64,000 nt of DNA. Origin: Nitrosomonas sp. (GTDB lineage Bacteria; Pseudomonadota; Gammaproteobacteria; Burkholderiales; Nitrosomonadaceae). Of this stretch, positions 18,187-28,160 are shown one piece after another. Location: the NCBI GenBank assembly GCA_020852475.1, contig JADZAR010000086.1, positions 32,631 to 96,630 of the forward strand, written 5' to 3'. Positions within the stretch are counted from its first letter, which is position 1, and each line of letters starts with the position of its first letter. A model generated the notes under the pieces. The model did no database searches and had not been told where the DNA came from. It saw nothing but the letters and a program-made list of their open reading frames with translations. The position numbers and the translations under genes are program-made.

Positions 18187-19377
18187 ATGTTTTCAGATTT
18201 TCTTAGTTTAATTTCAGGTGTAATTGATATGCCATGGTGGGGATATGTCGTTGTGACACTCGTTCTCACGCATATATCAATTGCCAGTATCACCATATAC
18301 TTGCACCGTCACTCTGCGCATAGAGCTCTTGAACTACATCCGATTCCAAGTCATTTTTTTCGTTTCTGGCTGTGGCTGACAACGGGAATGGTGACAAAAG
18401 AGTGGACAGCCGTTCATCGCAAGCATCATGCGAAATGTGAGACGGTTGATGATCCGCATAGTCCGATGATCTATGGTATCAAGAAAGTCTTAGCAGAGGG
18501 TGCCGAGCTCTATCGTATAGAATCCAAAAATAAAGAAACAATGGAGCGCTATGGTTATGGCACTCCTGACGACTGGGTCGAGCGTAATATCTACACCAAA
18601 CACAGCGCAAAAGGTATCGCGTTGATGTTGATCATTAATGTCATTTTGTTTGGCCCCATCGGCCTGACCATCTGGGCGATTCAAATGCTCTGGACGCCTA
18701 TTTTCGCCGCAGGCGTAATTAATGGTATAGGACATTACTGGGGATATCGCAATTTTCAGGCTGAAGATGCAAGCCGTAATATCGTTCCTTGGGGTATTTT
18801 GATCGGCGGCGAAGAATTGCACAATAATCATCATGCATATGCAACATCCGCGCGATTATCCAATAAATGGTATGAGTTTGATATCGGCTGGATGTATATA
18901 CGTATCCTGGAAATGCTGGGGCTGGCCAAAGTCAAAAAAGTGGCACCCAAGTTGCGACTCAACAAAAATAAAACGCAATGTGATCTTGATACGCTTCAGG
19001 CGGTTATTTCTCATCGCTATGAAGTGCTTGCAAAATATTCCATGTCCTTAAAGTCAGCATTTGCTACGGAGCTGGAGCAGCTAAAAGAGACGATCGCACA
19101 CTATGAAATCGACAACTCGACTTTTAAGCGCTGGCTCCTTGCCGATTCGAAAACACTTGAAGACCATGAACGTGAGAAATTGACACAAGTACTCCGCAAT
19201 ACTAAAACACTTGATACTATTTACACGATGCGCGAAGAGCTGGTGGCAATCTGGCAACGCTCAACAGCATCGAAAGATGAACTTGTAAAGCAGCTGGAAG
19301 ATTGGTGTAGGCGCGCAGAAGAGAGCGGCATCGAAGTGCTGAGAACGTTCTCGCAAAGATTGCGCTATTATGCATAG
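18187..19377 (+). CDS. Membrane fatty-acid (acyl-lipid/acyl-CoA) desaturase with a ~130-aa C-terminal extension
   Basis: The three His boxes are HRHSAH, HRKHH and HNNHH. The N-terminus is hydrophobic. The protein is 396 aa. Confidence 0.85.
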   Translation: MFSDFLSLISGVIDMPWWGYVVVTLVLTHISIASITIYLHRHSAHRALELHPIPSHFFRFWLWLTTGMVTKEWTAVHRKHHAKCETVDDPHSPMIYGIKKVLAEGAELYRIESKNKETMERYGYGTPDDWVERNIYTKHSAKGIALMLIINVILFGPIGLTIWAIQMLWTPIFAAGVINGIGHYWGYRNFQAEDASRNIVPWGILIGGEELHNNHHAYATSARLSNKWYEFDIGWMYIRILEMLGLAKVKKVAPKLRLNKNKTQCDLDTLQAVISHRYEVLAKYSMSLKSAFATELEQLKETIAHYEIDNSTFKRWLLADSKTLEDHEREKLTQVLRNTKTLDTIYTMREELVAIWQRSTASKDELVKQLEDWCRRAEESGIEVLRTFSQRLRYYA

Positions 19378-19431
19378 AGATAGAATACTCACATTCTATA
19401 ACTAACATATAGCAGTCAATAAGCAGTCAAT

Positions 19432-19459
19432 AAAAAACCCGCATCAAGCGGGTTTTTTA
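19432..19459. terminator. Bidirectional rho-independent terminator between the desaturase gene (+) and rpmG (-)
   Basis: The sequence is AAAAAACCCGC-atcaa-GCGGGTTTTTT, with A and T runs on both sides. Confidence 0.7.
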
Positions 19460-19507
19460 TTGTAATAAAGTGCAAAAAAATTTATGCACATAAAAAACAG
19501 TCCGGAA

Positions 19508-19663
19508 TCACTTTAATTTTGTCTCTTTGTAATTGACATGTTTCCGTACAACCGGATCATATTTTTTAATTTCCAGTTTTTCTGGATTTGCACGTTTATT
19601 TTTAGTTGTTGTATAAAAATGTCCAGTTCCTGCTGACGATTCCAGTTTGATTTTATCACGCAT
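19508..19663 (-). CDS. rpmG: 50S ribosomal protein L33 (51 aa; absent from the supplied ORF track because it is under 60 aa)
   Basis: Minus-strand translation gives [51 protein letters not shown]. The gene is directly downstream of rpmB. Confidence 0.92.
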   Translation of the reverse strand: MRDKIKLESSAGTGHFYTTTKNKRANPEKLEIKKYDPVVRKHVNYKETKLK

Positions 19664-19702
19664 TGGATAATATCCTTATTTTTAACAAAACAATCAAGAT
19701 GA

Positions 19703-19939
19703 TTAAATGTCTTTTCCTTGCAGACGCATTTCAGCAACTACAATATCGATTCCTTTTTTATCAATCGTACGCAATGCGGCATTGGACAAACGCAGATTGA
19801 TCCAGCGATTCTCATTCTCAAGCCAAAAACGCCGTCTTTGTAAATTGGGCAAAAAGCGCCGTTTGGTTTTGTTATTAGCGTGAGAAACATTGTTACCCAC
19901 CATCGGTTTCTTTCCAGTTACTTCACATACGCGTGCCAT
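19703..19939 (-). CDS. rpmB: 50S ribosomal protein L28
   Basis: The sequence begins [34 protein letters not shown]. The protein is 78 aa. Confidence 0.95.
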   Translation of the reverse strand: MARVCEVTGKKPMVGNNVSHANNKTKRRFLPNLQRRRFWLENENRWINLRLSNAALRTIDKKGIDIVVAEMRLQGKDI

Positions 19940-20214
19940 GCTGATGCACTCCGAAAATTACAAAACCCGAATTATATATTAATTTTGGTTGCCTTCTCAA
20001 ATCTTTAACTCTCAATATTATTGATAAATAACCATACTACTATCTGGTCAGGTAAAATTGCACACTCCAATCGAATGTACTTTATCGTTTTTGCCATCGG
20101 ATTCATGCTCCCCTCCTCACGCCTGTCCACCACCTTTCTATAAAACAAATCGATGACAAACATCAAATACAATCAGCTTTCCCGTATCCGGTTGTACGCA
20201 AATATCGCTGGGGT

Positions 20215-20359
20215 GAAGCAGGCAAACAGCGAACAGCCGTGAAGCTGACCCGCAGAGCGAAGCGCCTGCGCGGAGTAAAAAGTGGGGTTTATGTGTGATA
20301 AATGAGCATTTTGAGCCTGCTTTTAGTGCCGCAGCGGCAACGCAGCTAATTTTTCAACA
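20215..20359 (+). repeat. Copy B of the ~145-bp intergenic repeat (see 11410-11556)
   Basis: It has the same cores as copy A; TGATAAATGAGCATTTTGAG is at 20296-20315. Its last 6 nt (TCAACA) contain the complement of the hypF-like stop codon. Confidence 0.8.
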
Positions 20360-21514
20360 ACCTGCTAAGTTTTTTTGTTGATCGTCCTTTTTATAAACTT
20401 GCAATGCGATCCAGGCTTGCCCCAATGCGATGGCACTGTCATCCGGCGATACTTTTTGAGGTTTATAGAGGCATATAGAGTTATCACTCAGATTATCCAT
20501 AATTCCCCGTACTAATAACTTATTGTAAAAACAACCACCTCCAAGGACAAGACGCGTAATGCCTGAACGACACGATTCCTGCCGTACCCACTCCGCTAAA
20601 CCGCTGCTCAGTGTAGCGTGAAATATTGCAGCTGCGGATGCAGCATTCTCAGCAACCTCAGGATAATCCGCCAATTCGGACAACAATGACAAGAAATCCA
20701 GCTGATTATCAGCCGTGATCCGGTAACCATTTTTCAAAGCTTCTTTTTGTTCTCCCTTTTCAGCAAGTTGCTGCAAACTGATTGCTGCTTGCGCTTCGTG
20801 TGATTGAATCGGATGAATACCAAGCAAGCCAGCCGCTGCATCAAATAATCTTCCCATACTTGAGGTCTGCGGACAATTGATGTTATGCCTCAACATATGA
20901 ATGACTGCCTGCACGGCCGATTGCTCCGGGAAGCGTCGATCGATTTCATCGATACGTTTCAGTTTCGCCAGTGCTGCTGCGGCCATGCGCCAAGGCTCCT
21001 GTGCTGCCCGATCACCTCCCGGAAGCGCAAGAGTAGACAAATGACCCAACCGCCGGAAAAATTGACCATCAACATAGAGTAATTCACCCCCCCACGGAGT
21101 CTGGTCTATCCCGAGTCCGACACCATCAAGTGCAATTCCCAGCACAGGCCCGGTAATTTGATGTTCAACACAGACTGCTGCAATATGCGCATGATGATGT
21201 TGTACGGCGATTACCGGAATATGATGTTGCGCAGCGTAATTACAAGCAAATTCGGTACTGTAGAAATCCGGATGCAAGTCATGCGCGACGACTTCAGGTT
21301 TGATTGACAGAAAACTGCACATCTGAATTACGGTATCACCAAGCTTGTCGCGTGCTTCTGCGCTCGACAGATCCCCATTGATCGGCGAAAGATAGGCAGT
21401 ATTTCCTTGCGTTATACAAACAGTATTTTTCAACCAGGCGCCACAGGCCAATACCGAAGGACCTGAGGCTGGCAATTTGATTTCGGTAAAAGTGTAAGAG
21501 TCGCTGTCAGCCAA
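20354..21514 (-). CDS. hypF: Truncated HypF-like carbamoyltransferase: only the C-terminal Kae1/ASKHA-like half (386 aa)
   Basis: The motifs VLACGAWLKNT, VAHDLHPDFYST and VQHHHAHIAAV match the C-terminal half of HypF. No acylphosphatase, Zn-finger or YrdC-like part is present. The putative TTG start lies 44 nt after the hypB stop. Confidence 0.7.
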   Translation of the reverse strand: MADSDSYTFTEIKLPASGPSVLACGAWLKNTVCITQGNTAYLSPINGDLSSAEARDKLGDTVIQMCSFLSIKPEVVAHDLHPDFYSTEFACNYAAQHHIPVIAVQHHHAHIAAVCVEHQITGPVLGIALDGVGLGIDQTPWGGELLYVDGQFFRRLGHLSTLALPGGDRAAQEPWRMAAAALAKLKRIDEIDRRFPEQSAVQAVIHMLRHNINCPQTSSMGRLFDAAAGLLGIHPIQSHEAQAAISLQQLAEKGEQKEALKNGYRITADNQLDFLSLLSELADYPEVAENAASAAAIFHATLSSGLAEWVRQESCRSGITRLVLGGGCFYNKLLVRGIMDNLSDNSICLYKPQKVSPDDSAIALGQAWIALQVYKKDDQQKNLAGC

Positions 21515-21558
21515 TCGCGGCGAGTTTTATGAAATTCAGAGAATTGCCTTTTCAGTCA

Positions 21559-22347
21559 TCACGACCTGAGCAGCTGCTGATGGCCTGATTTTATCCAGTC
21601 TATCCATTGCTGTAACCCGCTACCTTGGGTAGCGGATATTTGTATTACCTGTAATACAGGATTAATTCGACGCGCAAAGTCGATCGCGCAAGATACATCG
21701 AATGATAAATAAGGCAAGAGATCACATTTATTCAGCAACATCACATCTGCCGCATGAAACATATCAGGATATTTCAGTGGCTTATCTTCGCCTTCGGTAA
21801 CAGAGAAAATGACTACTTTATGCGCTTCACCCAAATCAAAAGCTGCTGGACACACCAGATTTCCAACATTCTCAACAAACAGCAGACTGTTACTCTGCAA
21901 GTCAAGTTTTTCCATGGCATGGCCGACCATGTGCGCATCAAGATGACATCCCTTACCAGTATTGATCTGCACGGCGGGAACACCCGTTGCACGGATACGC
22001 ATGGCATCCTGATCGGTCTGCTGGTCGCCTTCAATCACTGCAATGGGTATTTCATTTTGCAAGGCTTTGATAGTCTCGATCAGGATCGTGGTTTTCCCGG
22101 AACCGGGACTGGATACCAGATTCACCATAAAAATACCCTGCTGAGCCAGATAATGGCGGTTATGTTGCGCAAAATGATTGTTCTTGGCCAGAATCGCCTG
22201 TTCAATCCTGACTCTGCGTGATTCGTTTATGCCTGACGCATGCATGTGATGTGAATGGCCGCCAACTGTTTCAGCATATTCATGATGATAGAGGATGTCA
22301 CCATCCATGTGGATATGTTTCGTTCCGCAACCACAAGTTGTACACAT
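21559..22347 (-). CDS. hypB: Hydrogenase nickel-incorporation GTPase HypB
   Basis: The N-terminal Ni site is MCTTCGCG. It has a His-rich stretch (GGHSHHMHASG) and the P-loop SSPGSGKTT. Confidence 0.9.
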   Translation of the reverse strand: MCTTCGCGTKHIHMDGDILYHHEYAETVGGHSHHMHASGINESRRVRIEQAILAKNNHFAQHNRHYLAQQGIFMVNLVSSPGSGKTTILIETIKALQNEIPIAVIEGDQQTDQDAMRIRATGVPAVQINTGKGCHLDAHMVGHAMEKLDLQSNSLLFVENVGNLVCPAAFDLGEAHKVVIFSVTEGEDKPLKYPDMFHAADVMLLNKCDLLPYLSFDVSCAIDFARRINPVLQVIQISATQGSGLQQWIDWIKSGHQQLLRS

Positions 22348-22356
22348 TATTGCCTC

Positions 22357-22698
22357 CTACTCCACTTCCAATTCGCGAATTCGCATTTCGTTACCCGCGA
22401 TGATTTGTATTGCATAACTGCCGCACGCTGGGCAGGCATCATATAGTGTATTGATATCCATCTCGCATTCACACTGCGCACATAGTCCCCGGCCTTTAAT
22501 GTCGATGAACTCAAGCTTTGCCCGCCGGGCAACAGTCTCCTCAACAACAGCCAAGAAACAAAAGCGCAGTGCCTCCTTTTCCACGCATGACAGCCGCCCT
22601 ACTTCCATCCATACCGTTTTGACTTGTGTAAAATTTTGCACGACCGCCGCCTCTTCAATAATTTGCAGTATCTGCTCAACGAGCGTCATCTCATGCAT
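22357..22698 (-). CDS. hypA: Hydrogenase nickel-insertion protein HypA
   Basis: The N-terminus is MHE. The Zn site is CAQC...CPACG. The protein is 113 aa. Confidence 0.9.
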   Translation of the reverse strand: MHEMTLVEQILQIIEEAAVVQNFTQVKTVWMEVGRLSCVEKEALRFCFLAVVEETVARRAKLEFIDIKGRGLCAQCECEMDINTLYDACPACGSYAIQIIAGNEMRIRELEVE

Positions 22699-22826
22699 AT
22701 CGCAATCACACTCAACCTGTACTGCCAGCCGTCATGCCCTCCCTCCCGTATGCGCCTGAGCAGCCGTTGAAAAAATACGGTCATTATCATCATCACGTTT
22801 TGCATAAACAGAAAAGAACCTCATAA

Positions 22827-23261
22827 CTACAAATACTTCTGAGTGATAAATTGGACAGCTGTATTCAAATTGCACGCTGCTTTTTCACTGAGCACCTCAC
22901 CCAAGCTAAAATTATAACCGCGAATGCGCAATAAAAAAGTTGTCGGTGAATCGCACTGATAAATCTGCTGATAAACATACAGCAACCCAGCGGGCGTAAG
23001 CGTATGACTGGTGCAGCTTTCATCTTTGAATGCAACAATGGGTAAAAACTCAAATGGTTCGATACAAGTCATGTCGGCATCCACAACGATAACTTCATTA
23101 TGCGCATGCAGGTCTGTTACATGCTCAACCAGTAACTGCATATCGCTAAGATAACTGATTTCTTCGCGATTCCATCGTGAGACCTGTTCGACAAACAGTG
23201 GTCCGATTGCGTCATCCCCTCGCCCTGGATTACCATAACCGAAGATGAGCAGCTTCTTCAT
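22827..23261 (-). CDS. [NiFe]-hydrogenase maturation endopeptidase (HyaD/HybD/HoxW family)
   Basis: It contains IFGYGNPGRGDDAIG, VVDAD and SHTLTP. The protein is 144 aa. Confidence 0.85.
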   Translation of the reverse strand: MKKLLIFGYGNPGRGDDAIGPLFVEQVSRWNREEISYLSDMQLLVEHVTDLHAHNEVIVVDADMTCIEPFEFLPIVAFKDESCTSHTLTPAGLLYVYQQIYQCDSPTTFLLRIRGYNFSLGEVLSEKAACNLNTAVQFITQKYL

Positions 23262-23322
23262 CGTTTGAGATTATAAAAACCGTTTGTTAATATGTGGTTT
23301 ATTTGTTTTCAACGGAACACTG

Positions 23323-23526
23323 ATGCAGCAACTGCTGATAACACTAGGCGTCTTTCTGCTAATTTTAGGCATAGCTTGGCCTTTGCTTTCCAAATTGCCA
23401 TTCGGTCGTTTACCTGGTGATATCTATATTGAGCGGGAAAACTTTACCTTCTATTTTCCTTTGACAACAGGTATATTAATTTCAGTAGTTTTATCCGTTT
23501 TATTGTGGCTCGTGATGCGGAAATGA
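23323..23526 (+). CDS. DUF2905-family small membrane protein
   Basis: The sequence is MQQLLITLGVFLLILGIAW...LPGDIYIERENFTFYFPLTT. An internal ATG is preferred over the track start at 23284. Confidence 0.65.
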   Translation: MQQLLITLGVFLLILGIAWPLLSKLPFGRLPGDIYIERENFTFYFPLTTGILISVVLSVLLWLVMRK

Positions 23527-23731
23527 CGAAACAGAACATTCAGACTCTTCGATAAAAACCCTCAACACAGTGCTTTGACACATAATGCGCTATTGCGGTT
23601 AGTACCAACTGCTAACAGTTAATTTTTGAGCACAAAAATGCATGATGCTGGAATAAAACGCGCCATGCTGTTCAAGTCTAAATTTTTATAATAGTGAAAA
23701 AAAGAACATAACAGATACAATCTGTCAGCTT

Positions 23732-25042
23732 TTATACCAGTTTGTGCAAATAACTGATTCCTTGATAACCGATATCCTGACGCATATACGCGCCTCTGAA
23801 TTCAATCCGGGCGGCTAATTCATACGCGCGCTGCTGGGCCATCCTAAGATTGTCCCCTAAAGCGGTAACACAAAGAACGCGTCCTCCTGCGGTAATCAAT
23901 TGTTCCTCTTTGTTCCGGTCCAGAATCGTTCCTGAATGAAAAATATGAAAATCACCCGCTTCATTTTGTTCACGCGCCAACTCCGACAATCCTCTAATGG
24001 CATCCCCTTTCGTGGGATTTTCAGGATAACCGCCGGCTGCCATAACAACACCCAGCGCAACGCGCCGGTCCCATTCGGTATCCACCTGATCCAACGCACC
24101 ATCAAATGTACGTTCCACCAGTATCGACAAATCACTTTTAAGTCGCAGCATGATGGGCTGAGTTTCGGGATCCCCCATGCGGCAATTAAATTCCAGAACT
24201 TTAATCTGCTCATCCGGCGTAATCATCAATCCGGCATAAAGGAATCCGGTATAGCGCGTATCTTCCTGCGCCATCCCCTGAATAGTTGGATAAATGACCT
24301 GGTTCATGATTTGCGCATGCAGACTCGGAGAAATAAACGGTGTAGGTGAATAGGCACCCATTCCCCCGGTATTTGGACCGCAATCACCATCTAGCAAACG
24401 TTTATGATCCTGACTAGTGGCCAGTGGCAGAACGTGCTGACCATCGGACATAACAATGAAGCTCACTTCGATGCCTTGCAGAAATTCTTCAATGATTACT
24501 TCAGCACCGGCATTGCCAAAACGCTGCTCAACCAAAATGTCGTTGATCGCAGTATGCGCCATTTCCAGTGAGTTAGCGACGATAACACCTTTACCTGCTG
24601 CCAGACCGCTCGCTTTAATGACAATCGGGGCGCCTTGCTGATCTACATACTGATGCGCTGCTTCAGCCTCGGTAAATGTGGCGTAGACTGCTGTTGGAAT
24701 GTTGTGCCGCTGCATGAAATCCTTGGCAAAACGTTTCGAGATTTCCAGCTGCGCGGCTTTTTGTGTGGGACCGAAAATTCTCAAGCCCGCTGCTCGGAAA
24801 GCATCAACAATGCCCTCAGCCAGCGGCGCTTCGGGCCCTACAACTGTAAATGCGATGTTTTCATTTTTTGAAAACAGGATTAAATCAGGGATTGCTGTGA
24901 TGGTAATATTTTCAAGATTATGTTCCTGCGCAGTACCGGCGTTTCCAGGCGCCACATAAACTTTCCGAACACGTGGCGATTGTGCGAGCTTCCATGCCAG
25001 CGCATGTTCCCGTCCGCCATTGCCAATGACCAGTAATTTCAT
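23732..25042 (-). CDS. purD: Phosphoribosylamine--glycine ligase
   Basis: The sequence begins MKLLVIGNGGREHALAWKL and the body is ATP-grasp. The protein is 436 aa. Confidence 0.95.
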   Translation of the reverse strand: MKLLVIGNGGREHALAWKLAQSPRVRKVYVAPGNAGTAQEHNLENITITAIPDLILFSKNENIAFTVVGPEAPLAEGIVDAFRAAGLRIFGPTQKAAQLEISKRFAKDFMQRHNIPTAVYATFTEAEAAHQYVDQQGAPIVIKASGLAAGKGVIVANSLEMAHTAINDILVEQRFGNAGAEVIIEEFLQGIEVSFIVMSDGQHVLPLATSQDHKRLLDGDCGPNTGGMGAYSPTPFISPSLHAQIMNQVIYPTIQGMAQEDTRYTGFLYAGLMITPDEQIKVLEFNCRMGDPETQPIMLRLKSDLSILVERTFDGALDQVDTEWDRRVALGVVMAAGGYPENPTKGDAIRGLSELAREQNEAGDFHIFHSGTILDRNKEEQLITAGGRVLCVTALGDNLRMAQQRAYELAARIEFRGAYMRQDIGYQGISYLHKLV

Positions 25043-25059
25043 TATTTATATTTCATCTA

Positions 25060-26619
25060 TCAATGTCTGAAATGTCTTACACCAGTAAAAACCATTGTCA
25101 CATGTTGTTCATCGGCTGCAGCAATAACCTCATCATCACGGATGCTGCCACCGGGTTGAATGACAGCCTGCGCACCAGCCTGGACGACTACATCAAGACC
25201 GTCGCGAAACGGGAAAAACGCATCGGAGGCAACGACGGAACCGGTTAAATCAAACCCTGCTTCCTGTGCTTTAATTGTCGCGATTTTTGCACTATCAACC
25301 CGACTCATCTGACCAGCGCCGATGCCAAGCGTCTGCATGTTGCGACAAAACACAATCGTGTTGGATTTGATGTATTTTGCCACGCGCCAGGCAAAAAGCA
25401 GATCATCCATTTGTTGTTCGGTGGGTTTCTTTTGTGTAACCACTTTGAGATTACTTCGTACAAGACGATGATTATCGGGAGTTTGCACCAGCAGCCCTCC
25501 GCCGATCCGCTTGAGATCATATGCGTTGCTGCCATGCTCCAGTGCCACAATCAGAACACGGATATTGTTTTTCTGCGCCAGCAGCGATTTCGCTTCATCA
25601 GATATTCCGGGGACGATAATCACTTCAACAAATTGCTTCAATATCGCAGCTGCGGTATTGGCATCCAGCGGACGATTAAATGCAATGATACCGCCGAAAG
25701 CAGATGTTGAATCAGTGGCAAATGCGCGCAAATAGGCATTAAGCATAGTGTCCGCGACAGCAACACCGCAGGGATTGGCATGCTTGATGATAACACAGGC
25801 CGGATCTTCGAAGGATTTTACGCATTCCCAGGCTGCATCGGTATCGGCGATATTGTTATAGGAGAGTTCCTTGCCCTGAACCTGCTGATATCCGGCAAGT
25901 CCACCGGGAACAGTCTCTGGATCCCGGTAAAATGCCGCTTTTTGATGGGGATTCTCCCCGTAACGTAAATTCTGCAAGCGCGTAAAATTAAGATTCAGCA
26001 CGGACGGAAATGCATTTCTACCTCCATCGTCACCGATTGACGTCAGATAATTACTGATTGCACTGTCATATGCCGCAGTATGCGAGAAAGCTTTACAGGC
26101 GAACCTGAAGCGGCTGGATGAACTAACCTCGCCTTGATTCGTTGCGATTTCACTCAATAACAGTGGATAGTCTTCCGGATCAGTAATGACGGTTACTTTC
26201 CCATAATTTTTGGCAGCGGCGCGCACCATCGCCGGGCCACCGATATCGATATTCTCAATAGCTTCCTCAAGACTGCAATTCGGCTGAGCGATTGTGCGGC
26301 TAAACGGATAAAGATTCACAATGACAAGTTCGATATCAGCCATACCGGCTTTTTCCATCGTGGCAGTATGTTCCGGCATATCATTTCTGGCCAGAATGCC
26401 GGCATGTACCTTCGGATGCAGTGTTTTAACACGTCCATCCAATATCTCAGGAAATCCAGTGTAATCACTGATTTCCACCACTGGAATATTTTCCTGCTGC
26501 AGCAGCCTGGCTGTACCGCCTGTCGATATGATGCGTATTCCCGATTGACTGAGCGTGCGCGCCAAATGAACCAAGCCTGTTTTATCCGACACGCTGATCA
26601 GCGCCTGTTTAATCGCCAT
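25060..26619 (-). CDS. purH: Bifunctional AICAR transformylase / IMP cyclohydrolase
   Basis: The sequence begins [16 protein letters not shown]...[17 protein letters not shown]. The start is set at the internal Met 2 nt after the fis stop; the track extension overlaps fis. Confidence 0.95.
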   Translation of the reverse strand: MAIKQALISVSDKTGLVHLARTLSQSGIRIISTGGTARLLQQENIPVVEISDYTGFPEILDGRVKTLHPKVHAGILARNDMPEHTATMEKAGMADIELVIVNLYPFSRTIAQPNCSLEEAIENIDIGGPAMVRAAAKNYGKVTVITDPEDYPLLLSEIATNQGEVSSSSRFRFACKAFSHTAAYDSAISNYLTSIGDDGGRNAFPSVLNLNFTRLQNLRYGENPHQKAAFYRDPETVPGGLAGYQQVQGKELSYNNIADTDAAWECVKSFEDPACVIIKHANPCGVAVADTMLNAYLRAFATDSTSAFGGIIAFNRPLDANTAAAILKQFVEVIIVPGISDEAKSLLAQKNNIRVLIVALEHGSNAYDLKRIGGGLLVQTPDNHRLVRSNLKVVTQKKPTEQQMDDLLFAWRVAKYIKSNTIVFCRNMQTLGIGAGQMSRVDSAKIATIKAQEAGFDLTGSVVASDAFFPFRDGLDVVVQAGAQAVIQPGGSIRDDEVIAAADEQHVTMVFTGVRHFRH

Positions 26620-26620
26620 A

Positions 26621-26869
26621 CTATACCTTATTGATTTGATAACGTTTAATTTTCTGTCGCAACGTGTTGCGGTTGATGCCGAGCAGTTCGGCTGCCAGTG
26701 TCTGATTACCCTGCGTATGTTGCAGAACAACTTCAATAAGTGGTTTTTCTACGCTGAGAATCACCATATCGTGAATGCAAACAGGCTTCTCGCCGTCCAG
26801 ATCGCTTAAATATTTATTAATGGAGTTACGTACACAGCATGCAATTTCATTTTCATTGATTGTACTCAT
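26621..26869 (-). CDS. fis: DNA-binding protein Fis
   Basis: It has the C-terminal HTH motif [24 protein letters not shown]. The start ATG overlaps the dusB stop (ATGA), the classical dusB-fis operon arrangement. Confidence 0.9.
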   Translation of the reverse strand: MSTINENEIACCVRNSINKYLSDLDGEKPVCIHDMVILSVEKPLIEVVLQHTQGNQTLAAELLGINRNTLRQKIKRYQINKV

Positions 26870-27882
26870 ACAGTAGCAGCCTTCTCTTCCTGAATATAAT
26901 GTAAGCGCGTATTGCAATCAGCCAGTTGCGCAAAGAATGCAATCGTCTCGACAAGTTGTTCATCGCACGTCTGCAATTGATTCATCTTATGCCGGAAACC
27001 CGCAGAACCGACCAGCCCTTTGGTGTACCAGGAGATGTGCTTGCGCGCAATACGCACACCGGCATATTCGCCGTAGAATGTATATAAATCATGCAGATGA
27101 TTTATCAGAACAGTATGTATTTCTCGAACTTCCGGGGGGGGAAGGTGTTTCCCGGTATTCAAAAAATGATCGATTTCCCTGAAAATCCAGGGTCTTCCCT
27201 GAGCCGCGCGGCCAATCATGATCGCATCGGCATTGGTGTACTCTAGTACCTGTCTGGCTTTTTCAGGTGTTGTAATATCGCCATTGGCAATAACAGGAAT
27301 TTTTACCGCTGCCTTGACACTGGCGATCGTATTATATTCCGCATCTCCACGGTACGCACAAGCACGCGTGCGTCCATGAATCGCCAGTGCCTGTATGCCT
27401 GAATCTTCGGCTATTCTGGCTACAGCCAAAGCATTTTTGTTTTGCTGATCCCAACCAGTCCTGATCTTGAGCGTTACCGGGATATCAACAGACTTGACGA
27501 CTGAATACAGAATTTTCTCAACCAACTTTTCATTTTTCAGCAATGCCGAACCGGCCATAACATTGCATATTTTTTTGGCTGGACATCCCATATTGATATC
27601 AATGATTTGAGCACCCTGGTCAACATTGTATTTTGCTGCAGCCGCCAGCATATCCGGATCTGCACCCGCAATTTGAACGGATATCGGCGATACTTCTCCA
27701 TCATGGTTTGCGCGACGCTGCGTCTTCTCGGAACCCCATAATAATGAATTGCTGGACACCATCTCGGATACAGCCATACCTGCGCCCATTTTTTTGCATA
27801 ACTGCCTGAAGGGTCGATCGGTAACGCCTGCCATCGGCGCAACAATCAGTTTGTTTTTAAGTATGTGATTACCGATTTGCAT
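26866..27882 (-). CDS. dusB: tRNA-dihydrouridine synthase B
   Basis: It contains VAPMAGVTDRPFR and IDINMGCPAKK. The protein is 338 aa. Confidence 0.95.
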   Translation of the reverse strand: MQIGNHILKNKLIVAPMAGVTDRPFRQLCKKMGAGMAVSEMVSSNSLLWGSEKTQRRANHDGEVSPISVQIAGADPDMLAAAAKYNVDQGAQIIDINMGCPAKKICNVMAGSALLKNEKLVEKILYSVVKSVDIPVTLKIRTGWDQQNKNALAVARIAEDSGIQALAIHGRTRACAYRGDAEYNTIASVKAAVKIPVIANGDITTPEKARQVLEYTNADAIMIGRAAQGRPWIFREIDHFLNTGKHLPPPEVREIHTVLINHLHDLYTFYGEYAGVRIARKHISWYTKGLVGSAGFRHKMNQLQTCDEQLVETIAFFAQLADCNTRLHYIQEEKAATV

Positions 27883-28160
27883 GCAATATGGAGATTTCTA
27901 CAATCAAAAAAAATTTTATGCCCATCACACTTCAAATCCGATAGTTACAACTCTCAATCAACCTTTCTTCCACAGCAAAAAAACAATGATGCGGGTTTTG
28001 AAGTGCAATCCGTAGTGTTATGTGTGAATTCCGCAACTGCTGCGTTTGTTGCTACAGATCGTAAAAGCGTGATATTTCAGAAGCAGTCTTCTGTCACCCA
28101 ATTTCCGATATTATATAAAGATAAAATTTCTGTGCGCAAAAAAATGAATGAAAGACACAG

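Noticed and set aside
20075-20143. A 22-codon hydrophobic mini-ORF (MYFIVFAIGFMLPSSRLSTTFL) upstream of rpmB, considered as a possible type I toxin or leader peptide
   Set aside because: It has no Shine-Dalgarno, no partner antisense structure is evident, and no second copy exists next to repeat copy A.
26620-26736. N-terminal extensions offered by the ORF track for purH (to 26736), ubiX (to 32183), lptB (to 36152), rimP (to 61115), fis (to 26917) and truB (to 55761)
   Set aside because: Most extensions overlap the upstream gene, and none has family-like sequence. Internal Mets reproduce the canonical N-termini ([63 protein letters not shown]).
27134-27141. A G8/C8 homopolymer inside dusB (encoding PPP) and an A9 run inside the ABC ATPase gene (10977-10985), considered as phase-variation tracts
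   Set aside because: Both are in frame in intact housekeeping-type genes, and there is no evidence of contingency-locus context. They are noted only as potential sequencing or slippage hotspots.
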